From Hyaloraphidium curvatum SAG 235-1 (Eukaryota; Fungi; Monoblepharomycota): a stretch of DNA of 64,000 bases. The notes beneath the pieces were generated by a model, which was not told the DNA's origin, made no database searches, and was given only the letters and a program-made list of their open reading frames with translations. The position numbers and the translations under genes are program-made. Shown here one piece after another: positions 21,581-33,115 of this stretch (position 1 is the stretch's first letter; each line of letters opens with the position of its first letter). The stretch spans positions 124,001 through 188,000 of the forward strand of contig JAIVFI010000028.1 in assembly GCA_025558095.1 (NCBI GenBank), given 5' to 3'.

Positions 21581-23961
21581 ATGGACAGCGCGCGGACCGA
21601 TGCGACGGCCGGGCACGATGCGCCGCCGCCGCACTTCACCGTCGACCCCGCGGGCCGCCCCGCGCGCTACGTCTTCAGACGCATCGACCCGACCATCCCG
21701 CGCGAACCCCCGCCGCCCGGCGACGCGCCGCCGCTGCTCGCGCGCGATCCCGCGCTGAAGCTCGCGGCAGCCGATCCCGGCGTGCCTCTGAACATCGCCC
21801 GGACGCTGCGGCACATGGCCCTGAGGCGCATCATAAGGAGGCGCAACGGGGAGTTCGCGCCGCCCTCGCGGCTCGCCCATCTCGCGTGGACGGCAATCTT
21901 TGCCGTGCTGGCCGTTGTGTTCATCGCTGCCGGCGTGTACCACATCGTCACCCACTCGCGGGGCGACCCAAACTCGCCCGGACTGACGTTGGATCAGTGG
22001 TTCCTCTTCTTCATTCTGATCGTGCTCGTTCCGCGGCTCTTCCTGGGGCCGCAGACGCGCCAGCTTACGCGGAGCGTGTTCCTCGTCGCCGACGCCTGGT
22101 GCGTGGGCATCTTCCTGCTCGACATCTTTATCAAGGTCCAGTACGAGGCCGAGAAACCCTCGGGCCAGCCGTACGATCAGGACCCGTACTGGCGGAGCGT
22201 CTTCATCGGCCTCACCGTCGCCGCCGTGGCCATCATCACGCTGCTGATCGCGCGGGACCTGTGGCACCTCCAGGTGCTCCCCTGGCTCCTTGCCACGGGC
22301 CGGGTCTCGGACGAAAGGACGGTCCCATACTTTGATCTTCGCCCCGTCGAGGACCGCCCATGGACCTTCTCGTTCAAGCCCGAGGGCTCCTTCCGCCGCT
22401 CCACGCTGACATACCGCGGCTCCGTCGACGCCGACGGGCGGCCCGACGGGTACGGCGAGTACCTGGACGACAGCACGGGCGGGGAGTCGCTCTCGGGCTT
22501 CTTCCGCAACGGGATCCCAGTGGCTCCCTTCACCTCGGCCATCCCCACGACCGGGTCGACGTTTTCCGCCGCGCGGATCGCCATCCTGCGCAACTGCGCG
22601 TCGCCCTGGGACACGGGGAGCCTGACGCTGAAGCGCAGCGAGGGGCTGACCGTGGGCGTGGCCGCGGTCGAGTGCTGCCTGGCAGGACGGTTCCTGCGGC
22701 ACCTCCCCGAGGCGACGCTCCTCATGCCCCCCGAGCGAGTCTCCCCCGAATCCACGGCCAAGATGCTGAAGCTGATCGCTGAGCCACCCGAATCCGACCC
22801 GGGGCTGGACGCGGCGGTGCTCTACGTCCACGGCCTGTTCAACACCGCGCGCGTGGCCGCCGCCGAGATCTCGCAGGTCCGCGCGCTGGGCGCCTACCCC
22901 GCGGGCCTCAAGTTCTTCGTCTTCGACTGGCCTGCAGGGAGGTTCCCGATCTCGACCTTCTACGGCGTGCGCAAGGTGAGCAAGAGCCAGGGAGTCAAGG
23001 AGGATCTGTGGGCCGCGGTGCGGTACATCTCCTCGCTCGGATTCAAGACCCTGCACGTCGTGGGACACTCGTAAGTTGTGTCCGGCGGTGGATCATATCG
23101 CTTGACTGATCCTGACCCGCCGTCAAGCATGGGCTGCCGTGTCTCCTGCCACCTCACCGAGCGCGCCTCGGAGCTCTTCCTCCCCCGCGGCGCGGAGCGC
23201 TCGGGCCCGGACGACCCCCGCATGCGGCTGGCCACTGTCACCCTGATCCACGGCGAGATGGACCTCGTCGACTTCGTCTCGGTCAAGTACCCCGTGCTGC
23301 GCGCCTACGCGGGCGTGGTCACGTGCTACACCGACCCCACGGACAAGGCCCTGGAGCTCGCCGAGTTCCTCACGGGCCGGCTGGCCATGGGCCGCAACCC
23401 CGACGGTTTCTTCCTGACCCCGGGCGACCCGGCGTGCGGGGAGGAGTTCGCGGGGCTGATGGAGCGCGAGCCGGGGTGGCTCAAGGCCCGGACGGGGTCG
23501 GACCACGATCTGGCGGGGAAGCTGGGGGCGGCGGTGGGTATCGCGGCGGGGGCGGTCGGGGAGCTGGGGATCGAGATCGCCGAGGCGGTGCCGGTGCCGG
23601 CCGACGCCACGGAAGTGCGGTTCCGGAGGAACGTGGACGCGAGGGGCCCGATCATGGTGCGGGAGCCGGTGGTCAAGGGGTGGCTGGACCTGGACGTGGT
23701 GGATTCGTCGTTCCTGGACACAAACACGGATAAGGCGCGGCATTCCCTGTTCGTGAGTGGCGTTCGGTGGCCGATATGGGCCCGGAGACTCTTACGCGCG
23801 ACACCTTTGCGCCCCAGATCTTCAACCGCACCCTCCTGGACGATGTGTACGAGGTAGTCACCACCGGACGCCGGGCGGCAGAACGCACCTCGCGCCTGCT
23901 CAGGCGGGGCGGCAACGTGTTCGTGTACCTGGTCGCGCCGAGCTTCGTCGCCGCCCTCTAG
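21581..23961 (+). CDS. Multi-TM protein with C-terminal DUF900-type alpha/beta hydrolase; 2 introns (~23072 and ~23753)
   Basis: Four N-terminal TM helices, VLYVHGLFN, FVFDWP, spliced VVGHS/MG nucleophile elbow, and LDLDVVDSSFLDTN..RHS. Confidence 0.72.
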
Positions 23962-24645
23962 GAACGCGGCAGTGGAGCCGCCTTTAGCTCGCGGGTTGGC
24001 GGAGCCTCACGATCCGCTGGTCTGCCGGCGCGGACCCGCTGGGCGCGACGACGGCGTGGCTGCGACCTGTGCACAGACCGACCTGCTCCAGTGGCTCCCG
24101 CGGATCACCATCCCCGTCGGGAGGCAACGGCTCGCGGTGAGGATCGGGTGCCTTGAGAAGTAGTATTTCTTGGTCGTATTCGTTTAGTTATTGCAGTTTG
24201 TGATTTCTTCGATCGGATTTCACTTTCCGTGTCCGACCCACCGGTTCGTAGAGGGGTCCGAGTATACTGCTCCAACTCGGCGCACCGACACGCCGAATGA
24301 CGGCGGATCTGACTTGGCGGCCATTTTCGGGATGCGAAAGGATGTTTCACGTAGGCTTACCTCCCAGCTTGTGCCCAAGAACTGTGCGAACGAATGTGGC
24401 AAATCGCAGGGCCGGATGCTGATGGTCGCCGCGACTCCCAAGGCCCGAGCATCGCTTCCGGCCAGCCGGATCGCGATCGGACCACCTTCGATCCGCTCAG
24501 ACCGACCCATATCCACCCGCTTGTGCCCTTGCTGATGCTGCGCGGATCCGTCCTGGCCGGCGGAAAACGCTGACCAGGGCCTGGACCCGCGCTCCGCCGC
24601 CGCTTACCCGTCAGCAACGTCCCCGGGACACTGCCCCCGCCCGCC

Positions 24646-27024
24646 ATGGCCGACGCCGGCGCCCCCGACCCGCGGCTGAGCGCACAGGGCGCAGCGGCGC
24701 TCGAGGCGGCGTTCCTCGCGGCGGTGCCGCCCGACAGCGCCAACTTCCTGCTGGGCCCCTTTGCGGACGTGCGGGCGGGCCGCGAATGCGATCTGCGGTG
24801 GAAAGCGCTGTACGGCGGCGCGCTGCACGATGCGCTGGTCAATTGGATCGGTGCCCGAGCGCTGCGGCGGGCGGGGGTGACCGCGGAGGGCGGGCTCCGC
24901 CTCTCCGACGTGCTGGACAACGAGGAGGCCGAGGAGGCGATCGACGCCCGGTTCGAGCAGCTGCTGAGCTCGGAGATGGACAGGCTGAAGGAGAGGGCGG
25001 CGAGGGCCGGGCCGGAGGAGCTGCAGGCGCTGTCGTGGGACCCGGCGACCGTCGCCCTCGTGCAGGCGCTCCTCGGGGGCGAGTTCTACACCGATCTCAA
25101 GGAAGGCGGTCGGCCGACATCCAGCTACGCGGAGGACTTGCACGCCGTCTGGATGGCCGTCGGCGTGCCCGGGTCGCGGGGTCCCCTCCCCGAGGCGGAC
25201 GGCCTGGACTCTCTGCTCCTCCAGCAGCTTGCCGTCTCGGCGCTCTGGGTGCAGGTCTTTTTCGAAATCTGGCTGGCCAACAACTCGGGCACCCCGCCTG
25301 CGCACGACTACGCTTCGACTTTCTTCAATGTGCCGGCCATGCTCCCGCCCGTGCTCGTCGCCTCCATCCCGCCGCCCTCGCAGCGGGAACCGAACGGCCC
25401 CATCCCCTCGGACCTCCCCTTACGCCGCCCGGCATTCACCCTGGGCGAATGGTCCGCCTTCCTGGACCCCTCTTCCGCCGCCCCCCTGGCCCCCGCGACG
25501 CGCCGCGCCATCCTCTCGGGCTGCATCACCGACCTCGCCGCCGCCGGCGACGCGCAGCTCGTCGGCACCCTCGTCCTCGCCGCCCTCCGGGTGGGCGAAT
25601 TCGCCGCGTGGCTCAAGGCGAGGGGGATGTCGGTGCTGGGCGTGGTCGTGGCGGAGGAGCTGCTCTCCCGCGGAGGGGATCCGCTGGCCGCGGTTGCGGC
25701 CGACCGGTCGGGGTGCGGGGCCGAGGTCGCGAGGACGCTGGGGAACTCGGAGCTGCCGGAGGCGGTGCGCAGGAGGGCGGCGTTCCGCGACGCGCTGCTC
25801 GAGATCGAGGCGGCGTTGCCGCCGCAGATCGCCGCCGCGTACGCGTCGGGGGACTTCGACGCTTTCAGCGCCGCGGTGGCGCCGCTGGGGCTCAAGGAGG
25901 TGCAGGTGCAGAACCTGCTGAGCTACCTGACGATGCTGCGGCTGGTGATGATGCTGGTGGGGAGTCCGGAGCCGTTTTCGGACCTTGCTCCCAAGGATGC
26001 GACCGAGCAAGCACAGGGCGAGAAGGGAGCGGGCCTAGAACGGCCCCCTTCGGAGCTCTCTTCCGACGCTTCCGATGGTGTGGACGCCTCCGACGGCTCG
26101 GACGCCTCGGACAGCGATCCCGCCGACGCCCTCGTCCGCCTGTGGATCTCCACCCCGCCCTTTTCCCAGGCCTCCCGCGACGCCGTCCTCATCTCCCGCG
26201 CCGTGCGCACCCTCCTCTCCCGCTTCTCCGCCGACGCCCTCCGCGCCAACATCCTCGCCCCCGTCGCGTGCTTCTCCGCCACCCACGCCGCGTGGTTCAA
26301 CCTGTTGGTGCTGAAGCAGTTCCGGTGGATGCTCGCCCGTGCGAGCCCGGCGGCGCAGGCGGGGGCATTGGACGTGTTCAACGGCCTCGTGTCGGACGTC
26401 GAGGCGTGCATGGACCTGCTGGAGGCCAGCGGGTGGCGGCAGCACGCGGACGTGCGCCTCCTCCTGCGCGGGATCCTGGAGGGCGAAGGGACGGCGCTGA
26501 CCCGGGCGGACGTGCAGATGCTCCGCAGCGCGAGCGTGGTCGCGTCGTACTGCCCGCATGCCGGCGGGGGTGCGGAGGGGCGGTGCTGGGTGTGCGCGGC
26601 GGACGCGTCGAGGAGGAGGTCATCCCTGGTGGAGGCCGGGCCGGCGAGCCCCGTGAGCCCCGTGACTCCCGTCAACGACTTCAGGCAGGACGAAGGGGAG
26701 GACGACGGGGAGGATGCGGAGACGGCGCTGGCGGTGGTCGAGCTGTCGCTGTCGGGGCTGGCGCGCACGGGGAGCGACAGCACCGACGGGGGCCGGACGG
26801 GGAAGAGGGTGCGGTTCGTGCCGCTTGTGCGGGTGCACGAGACGTACTCCAAGGAGGAAGGGTACCCGTCGCGGACGATGCATGCGCCTGACGTCGGCGA
26901 GGGTGGGGCCGAGGGGAAGGGCGGCATCACGGCGTACGTGGATGCGGGCATGGCGTCGCTGGAGGTGTTGCTGAAGCAGAGGGGCTCGGCGGGGCTGCCG
27001 AACTTGAAGGCGTACTGGTCGTGA
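24646..27024 (+). CDS. Hypothetical helical protein with C-terminal PP1-docking motif
   Basis: 792-aa intronless ORF with GC3 bias; KRVRFVPLVRVHETYSKEEGYPSR near the C-terminus. Confidence 0.65.
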   Translation: MADAGAPDPRLSAQGAAALEAAFLAAVPPDSANFLLGPFADVRAGRECDLRWKALYGGALHDALVNWIGARALRRAGVTAEGGLRLSDVLDNEEAEEAIDARFEQLLSSEMDRLKERAARAGPEELQALSWDPATVALVQALLGGEFYTDLKEGGRPTSSYAEDLHAVWMAVGVPGSRGPLPEADGLDSLLLQQLAVSALWVQVFFEIWLANNSGTPPAHDYASTFFNVPAMLPPVLVASIPPPSQREPNGPIPSDLPLRRPAFTLGEWSAFLDPSSAAPLAPATRRAILSGCITDLAAAGDAQLVGTLVLAALRVGEFAAWLKARGMSVLGVVVAEELLSRGGDPLAAVAADRSGCGAEVARTLGNSELPEAVRRRAAFRDALLEIEAALPPQIAAAYASGDFDAFSAAVAPLGLKEVQVQNLLSYLTMLRLVMMLVGSPEPFSDLAPKDATEQAQGEKGAGLERPPSELSSDASDGVDASDGSDASDSDPADALVRLWISTPPFSQASRDAVLISRAVRTLLSRFSADALRANILAPVACFSATHAAWFNLLVLKQFRWMLARASPAAQAGALDVFNGLVSDVEACMDLLEASGWRQHADVRLLLRGILEGEGTALTRADVQMLRSASVVASYCPHAGGGAEGRCWVCAADASRRRSSLVEAGPASPVSPVTPVNDFRQDEGEDDGEDAETALAVVELSLSGLARTGSDSTDGGRTGKRVRFVPLVRVHETYSKEEGYPSRTMHAPDVGEGGAEGKGGITAYVDAGMASLEVLLKQRGSAGLPNLKAYWS

Positions 27025-27157
27025 TGCGAATGCAACGTTGGTTTGATCCGCTGCTTGATGGAATGCTTGAGATTTGGAAGAGCGCCCCGCCCCGGACCCC
27101 GAAAATCCGGAGCGGGGTGCCCTTGTGACTCAGGCCGACGCCACCCCTCTCCCCGCA

Positions 27158-28165
27158 ATGCGCCGCGCCGTCCTGGCCGTTTCGCGCCTCCCGCGCGCTC
27201 TCTCAGCGCCTGCGCTGCCGCCCGCCGTGGTTCCGCGCGCGGCGGCTGTCGCGGTGCCGCGCCGCGCGTTCCGCCCCTCGCCCGCCGCCCGCTCCGTATC
27301 CCACGAGCCGCCCGTCGCCGCGGAGAACAAAACCATCGTCGACCTGCTGAGGCAGGAAAGGAAGCGGGTCGCCGACGGTGGGCCGTCCCCGAACCCCCCG
27401 ACAACAGAAACTGACTCCCCCGGACATCCGAAACTCCGGAACCACCCCACCTGCCCCGAAACAGACCAGTTCGCCCTCTACATCCGCCACCTGCACCCCG
27501 ACCAGACCCCCCCGCCCGACTCGCGCGCCGACATCGTGGACCACGTCGTCTCGGCCCTTGCCATCGAGGCCGCCGCCACGGAGGAGGTGCTGTTCCCCGT
27601 GCTGCGCGACCTGGTGGGCGAGAACAAGACGTGGGAGGAGGACGAGGTGGTGAGCAGCAGCGGGACGAAAGGGCACCATGCCAAGAACGTGTTTGTGGGT
27701 GGCACGTTGCGAGGACCAGCTGCGTCCGCTGATCCCGTGATCCCGGAAACAGGAAAAGTGGGTCGACTACCACGTCTCCCTGCGGAAGCAGCTCGAGGAC
27801 GTGCACGCGCTGGCCCGCGGCGCCGAGACGGAGCAGCTCGACCGCGCCATGAGGGAGCTGATCAGGCACGTCGGCGAGCTGTCCGAGTACGAGAACGAGC
27901 TGCTGTTTCCGCTCGTCGAGGCCCATTTCAACCGCGGGCAGCTCGAGTACATGGCAAAGGACTACGTCGAGAGCCGCTACCGGGGTATACTTGCCTCCCT
28001 CGCCCCCTCTGCCTCGGATCGCTGACCCCGGTTTATCCGGCAGTGCCCCACGAACCCCATCCCAACGTTCCAGGCTGGATGTACAAGCACCCCACGTTGG
28101 AGCGGGCCATGAACAGGGTGCTGCGCGTGGCGGACGCGGTGAAGGAGACGGTCACGGGGAGATAG
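27158..28165 (+). CDS. Hemerythrin/HHE-domain protein with mitochondrial-type presequence; 3 introns
   Basis: Arg/Ala-rich N-terminus lacking acidic residues; IVDLL, EEVLFP, ENELLFP, and PHEPHPNVP..DAVKE.VTGR tail typical of HHE proteins. Confidence 0.65.
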   Translation: MRRAVLAVSRLPRALSAPALPPAVVPRAAAVAVPRRAFRPSPAARSVSHEPPVAAENKTIVDLLRQERKRVADGGPSPNPPTTETDSPGHPKLRNHPTCPETDQFALYIRHLHPDQTPPPDSRADIVDHVVSALAIEAAATEEVLFPVLRDLVGENKTWEEDEVVSSSGTKGHHAKNVFVGGTLRGPAASADPVIPETGKVGRLPRLPAEAARGRARAGPRRRDGAARPRHEGADQARRRAVRVRERAAVSARRGPFQPRAARVHGKGLRREPLPGYTCLPRPLCLGSLTPVYPAVPHEPHPNVPGWMYKHPTLERAMNRVLRVADAVKETVTGR

Positions 28166-28407
28166 CGTGGCGGGTAAGGGTTCGTAGAGAGGGACCGCCG
28201 GGTGCGCGATCCCGGTGGATCCGTACGTATGCCGAGCCGTTTTGCTTTCCTCCTTTTGGGGCGTCGGTCCTGTCATCGGGAGAACCGGAGTCGGAAGAAC
28301 CCGCCCAGCAAAGCCGCCCGTGAGTCCGTCCACGCAACCAAACAACCGCACACCGTCCCACGTGTCCCACGGAATCCCGCTTCATCTCCCATAGCCATCC
28401 CCTGCAG

Positions 28408-29688
28408 ATGCACGTGCTCATCGCCGGCGGCGGCCTCGGCGGCCTGCTGCTCGCGCACTCGCTCCGCGGCACGCCGCACACGTGCTCCGTGCTGGAGCGC
28501 GACGCGTCGCCGCTCGCGAGGGAACAGGGGCTGGTCATCGGGCTGGCGCAGGAGGGCGTCGACGCGCTCGTCAAGGCGGGGCTGGCCGGCGTTTGCCGCG
28601 AGTTGTTCGCGCCGGACGGGCCGGGAGACGTGTTCATCGGGGACCAGTGGGCCCGGTGCCTCATACGCGGGGCAGGGTGGCTCCGCGTCTCGCTGCCTCC
28701 TGTCGAGCCCGGCGGACTGCCGGACGTGCGAAGCGGGCTCGTGGACCGCGCTCTCCTCCGCCGGGCGCTGGCCGCCGCGCTCCCCGAGGGCACGATCAGA
28801 TGGGGTGCACGCGTGGCTGGCTTCCGCGAGGAGGGTGCGAAGATCGCCGCGGTTCTCGACGGCGGCGGAGAGGAGTGGGGCGACGTGCTCGTTGGCGCGG
28901 ACGGGGCCCGAAGCGCGGTGCGGAAGCAGCTCGCGCCGGCGCTGCTGCCAAAGGAGCTGGGGATCTACAACACCGCCGGCACCTTCCACGTGGCCCCGGG
29001 CTCGCCGGAATCGGAAGGCCCGCTGTACAAAGAATCCCTCCGCTCGCTCGTCCGCCTCGGCGGGCTGGACGGCGCTTCCCTCCTCCTATTCACCCCCGGC
29101 CGCGCGCCGGGCTCGGACCGCTCCTTCACGCTGTGGGCGCTCACCGCCCCCCTGCGGCACTTCGACCCCTCCGCCGACTCCCTCCCGCAATCCATCCGCA
29201 TCCTCGAATCGCATTTCCGCATCCCCGAGGCCGCCTCTTTGGTCTCGCTCACCCAACCCGCAGACGTCTATCCCGGGTATGAGATCACCTCCGTCGACCC
29301 CTCGGACCTCGCCGCCTTCCCCATTAAACCCCCTGGATGCAGGGCCACCCTGCTAGGCGATGCAGCGCACAAGACCACCACCCAGGCCGGCCTCGGCGCC
29401 TCGGCCGCCTTCTCGGACGCATTGGAGCTCGCTTCCGCCCTCCGCTCTTCGGGGGACGCCGCGGATCCGACGCCCCTGCTCCGCGGGTACGAAGCCGCGA
29501 TGGCCGCCCGGGCCAAGGGTGTCGTCGCGGCGTCGGCGGGCAACACGCGGCGGCTGCATGCCGAAATGGGGTGGGCGGCGAGGGCGGCGGCGCAGTGGGT
29601 CATGTGGGCGGCGGGATGGGCGATCTGGGGGGTGGGGGCGGGAAGGGTGCTGGTGATGCGGCTGGTCGGGCTGCTTTCGGGGCGGTGA
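28408..29688 (+). CDS. FAD-dependent monooxygenase (class A flavoprotein)
   Basis: GGGLGG Rossmann motif, VDRALLRRAL, DVLVGADGARSAVR, TLLGDAAH...G.GA..A.SDA. Confidence 0.88.
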   Translation: MHVLIAGGGLGGLLLAHSLRGTPHTCSVLERDASPLAREQGLVIGLAQEGVDALVKAGLAGVCRELFAPDGPGDVFIGDQWARCLIRGAGWLRVSLPPVEPGGLPDVRSGLVDRALLRRALAAALPEGTIRWGARVAGFREEGAKIAAVLDGGGEEWGDVLVGADGARSAVRKQLAPALLPKELGIYNTAGTFHVAPGSPESEGPLYKESLRSLVRLGGLDGASLLLFTPGRAPGSDRSFTLWALTAPLRHFDPSADSLPQSIRILESHFRIPEAASLVSLTQPADVYPGYEITSVDPSDLAAFPIKPPGCRATLLGDAAHKTTTQAGLGASAAFSDALELASALRSSGDAADPTPLLRGYEAAMAARAKGVVAASAGNTRRLHAEMGWAARAAAQWVMWAAGWAIWGVGAGRVLVMRLVGLLSGR

Positions 29689-29864
29689 ATGTTGCTCTCG
29701 AATCTTGATGCTTTGACGTCTCTGCGCGGAATCCGAGCCCAAGCTTCAGGACCGACTGTGGAGGCAACCGACAAGAGAATGGCCTCATCTGTATCAATCA
29801 ACAAAATCGCATGTGGATGCTAGCTTCGCCCCCGACTCGGATCGTCCAATCGCCCGCGCGGCCC

Positions 29865-31382
29865 TCAGAGGCGCGCTTCGAAACCCAGCGAGGTCTGCCG
29901 CGCGGAGGCAGGCTTCTTGGCCTCCTGCTTTTCGTAGGCCTTGGGGTCGAACATCTTGTTCTCGTGCTCGGGGTAGAGCGCGGTGGGGCCGTACTGCGAA
30001 GGAGGAAGAAGGAGGTAAGCTGAGGTGAACGGAACCGCAGGCCAGCTTCAAGCAACCCACCAGCCAATCCACGTAGTCGTACGAGTGGATGTCGCGCTCC
30101 TCGAACACCCTGTTGCGCCACTCGCGCGCCTCGCCCTCGAGGTGCCACAGGTCGCCCCAGATCCACGCGGTCGTGAGCACGCGGCGGCAGTGCTCCGGCC
30201 GCACCGCGTTGTACGCCTGGAGCACCCTCTCCCACGGGATTCCCGTCGCGGTGCCCCTGCTTGCCGACCCCTTGGGCCCGCCCGCGAGGCCCACGTGCTC
30301 CGAGAGCACCCACGCGTCCTCGATGGCCATCACCGCGCCCTGGGCGAGGTACTGCAGCGGCGGGTGCGCGGCGTCGCCCGTGAGCGCGATGCGGCCCTTG
30401 ACCCAGTCCATGATCGGCTCGCGGGTGAACATGCGCCACCACTTGTCGCGCCACATGTTGGGCAGGCACTCCCGCACCCCGGGGTGGGTCTTGGCAAACG
30501 CGCCGTCGAGCTCGTCGGGGGTGCCCCAGTCGGCCTCGCCGCGGACGGCCTTGGGCGACTCGAACACCGCGACGAGGTTGAACATCTCCCCCGCGCGGAG
30601 GGGGTACTGCACAAGGTGGCACTTGGGCCCGACGTAGACGACGACGTCCTTGAGCGAGACGCCGAGCTCGCGGACCGCCTTGTCGGCGGGGAGCGTGCCG
30701 CGGTAGGCGACGTAGCTCGACGAGACGGGCTTGTCGTCGCTTAGCAGGGGGCGGGCGACGGAGTGCATGCCGTCGGCGGCCATGACGAGCTCGGCGCGCT
30801 CGGTGCGGTCGCCGAACTTTGCGACGGCGCCGCCGTCGACGTTCTCGTAGCCGGTGCAGGCGGCGTTGGTGACGAGGTCGACGCCCACGCGCTTGCAGGC
30901 GCGCAGGAAGACGCCGTGCAGGTCCGAGCGGTGGATGACGAGGTACGGGTGGCCGTAGCGGCGCTCGCAGTCCTTGAGGTCAAGGCGAGTGAGCTGCACC
31001 GGAGGCGTGATCAGCGATGTGCACCATATGACGGTGCTAAAGGATCCACGCCTCCTTGCCTGTGATCGCATCGCGTGCGACGATGTTCTCGGGCAGCACC
31101 CCAAGGCTGACCACCTCGTCCAGCAGCCCCCAGTCGTCGAGGATGCGCGTGCAGTTGGGCGCGATCTGCAGGCCGGCGCCGGCCTCGCCGAACTCGGGCG
31201 CGCGTTCGAGCACGCGGACCTTGAGGCCCTTGCGGGTGAGCGCGAAGGCGGTCGCGAGGCCGCCAATCCCGCCGCCGACAACGACTGGCGGGGGCGGGAG
31301 TCAGTTCTGAGAGGTTTGGGAGACGGCGAGGGAGGGACACACCGACGTCGACGTCCGGCTTCTTCACGTTCAGGCTCGACAT
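29865..31382 (-). CDS. 3-hydroxybenzoate 6-hydroxylase-like FAD monooxygenase; introns 31285-31342, 30994-31051 (GC-AG), 29994-30060
   Basis: Spliced VVVGGGIGG, ERAPEFGEAGAGLQIAPN, RYGHPYLVIHRSDLH, YVGPKCHLVQYPLR.GE, WGTPDEL, GDAAHPPLQYLAQGAVMAIED, WGDLWH, DWL/YGPTAL. These match actinobacterial 3HB6H as recalled. Confidence 0.85.
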
Positions 31383-31641
31383 GGCTTCGGGCGAATGAGT
31401 GCCGAGTGCAACGAGTGGAGGTATGAGCTGGAGGATACGAGGTTTGCCGTCTGTCCGAACCGGGGGTTAAAGGTCCCTCCCGATTTGCCCCCCGTACGGA
31501 GCTTCGCCCCCATCGCCACTCCCGCTGCATGCCGGGGGCAACGCTTGAGTCATTAAAGCAGCGGGAGGCAGTCGCCGTGCTCGAAGCGATTTGCCCGAAG
31601 GAAAGGCATCTCACCACCCGGAGTACCCGACGCACACCAGC
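31383..31641. promoter_or_regulatory. Bidirectional promoter (3HB6H / gentisate dioxygenase) with C[CG]GNNGGCAA motifs
   Basis: 259-bp head-to-head gap; exact motif at 31485-31494 (reverse) and 31532-31541; near-matches at 31562 and 31444. Confidence 0.55.
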
Positions 31642-32860
31642 ATGTCCCCCGTCACCCAGGAAGTCGCCAACGGCGTGCACGCTGTCGCCCCGCAGGCCGC
31701 CGCCAAGGCAGGCGGCAAGATACAGGAGACCATTACGGACCTGCCGGCCCTCGGGCGCCTCGAAGACCTGCCTCAGGTGCGCTGCCGTCGCCGTGTCGAA
31801 GCTCCGAATCATGTGCTGACCCTCCTTCGCATTGCAGGACTACCGCGACGATCTGACCAAGCTCAACCTGGTCCCCCTGTGGCCCTCGCTCCGCGCCGTC
31901 CTCCCCCCCGGCGTGCCCTCGCGACGCACGCAGGCCACCGCGTGGGCCTACACGGACATCCGCCCCCTGCTCCTCAAGGCCGGCGAGCTCACCCCCATGG
32001 AAAAGGCCGAGCGCCGCGTGCTCGTCCTCGCCAACCCCGGCCGCGGCCTCGAGAACATGCAGGCGTCGCCGTCGATCTACCTCGGCATGCAGCTGCTCCT
32101 CCCCGGCGAGTTCGCACCGGCGCACCGGCACACCCCAAACGCCGTCCGCATGGTGGTCGAGGGCAAGGGGGCGTACACCGTCGTGGCGGGCGAGAAGTGT
32201 CCGATGGAGCGCGGCGACCTGATCCTCACCCCGACGGGGCAGTGGCACGAGCACGAGCACGCCGGCTCGGAGCCCGTGGTCTGGCTCGACGTGCTCGACC
32301 TGCCCCTCGTGTACTACGCCGAGGCGTCGTACGTCATCGAGGGCTCGAGGCAGGGGCACACGGCCAAGCGCGGCGACAAGCTCTACGCCCGCGGCGGGGT
32401 GCTCCCCACCCCGGCCTTCCGCCGCGCCGCCGATCCCTACCCCATGCTGCGCTATCCCTGGGCCGAGGCCAAGGCGGCGCTGCTGGCGCTGGCCGAGACG
32501 GGCGAGGAGCGCGTGCAGGTGTCGTACGTCAACCCCGAGACCGGAGCTCCGTGCGAGAACAACCTCCGCTTCGGCGCGATGATGCTCCGCCCGGGGCAGC
32601 AGCTCACGCTACCCGTGCGGAGCACCGCGCAGGTGTTCCACGCCATCGAGGGCGCGGCTTCGGTGCAGGTCGATGGCAGGGACTTTGCGCTCGCGACGGC
32701 TGACACGGCGTGCGCACCCGGGTACGCCGACATCGCGCTGAGCAACGCGAGCGCGACGGAGCCGGCGTTCGTGTTCGTCGCCGACGAGGAGCCGATCCAG
32801 AAGAAAATGGGCGTGTACGAGGAGAGGGGGTTCGAGGCCGGCGTGCCCAACATGCCGTGA
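31642..32860 (+). CDS. nagI: Gentisate 1,2-dioxygenase (bicupin), NagI-like; intron 31777-31837
   Basis: LGRLEDLPQ/DYRDDLTKLNLVPLWPSLRAVLPP, AERRVLVLANPG, APAHRHT and WHEH iron ligands, YVNPETG. Confidence 0.92.
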
Positions 32861-33115
32861 ATCGGGGCGAGAGGCGGTTCTGTATTGCATCCAGTAGTCA
32901 ACGCTTGGTTTTGCATCCACTCTTTCCTCGTCTGTTCCCGCCGGATGGCCGCTCCTCCCGTTCAGCGGCGGCCGCCCGGGGAAGCACCTCGTGCTCCTGG
33001 TAGCGAGCTCCATGGTAGCCGCCTTGCTGGAAGGGTCGCACGTGGAGCAGGTCGGGGGAGCAGCTGAATGCGGGCAAGCTGCCGGGCGAAAGTCATCACT
33101 AAAATCAGGTGAAGG

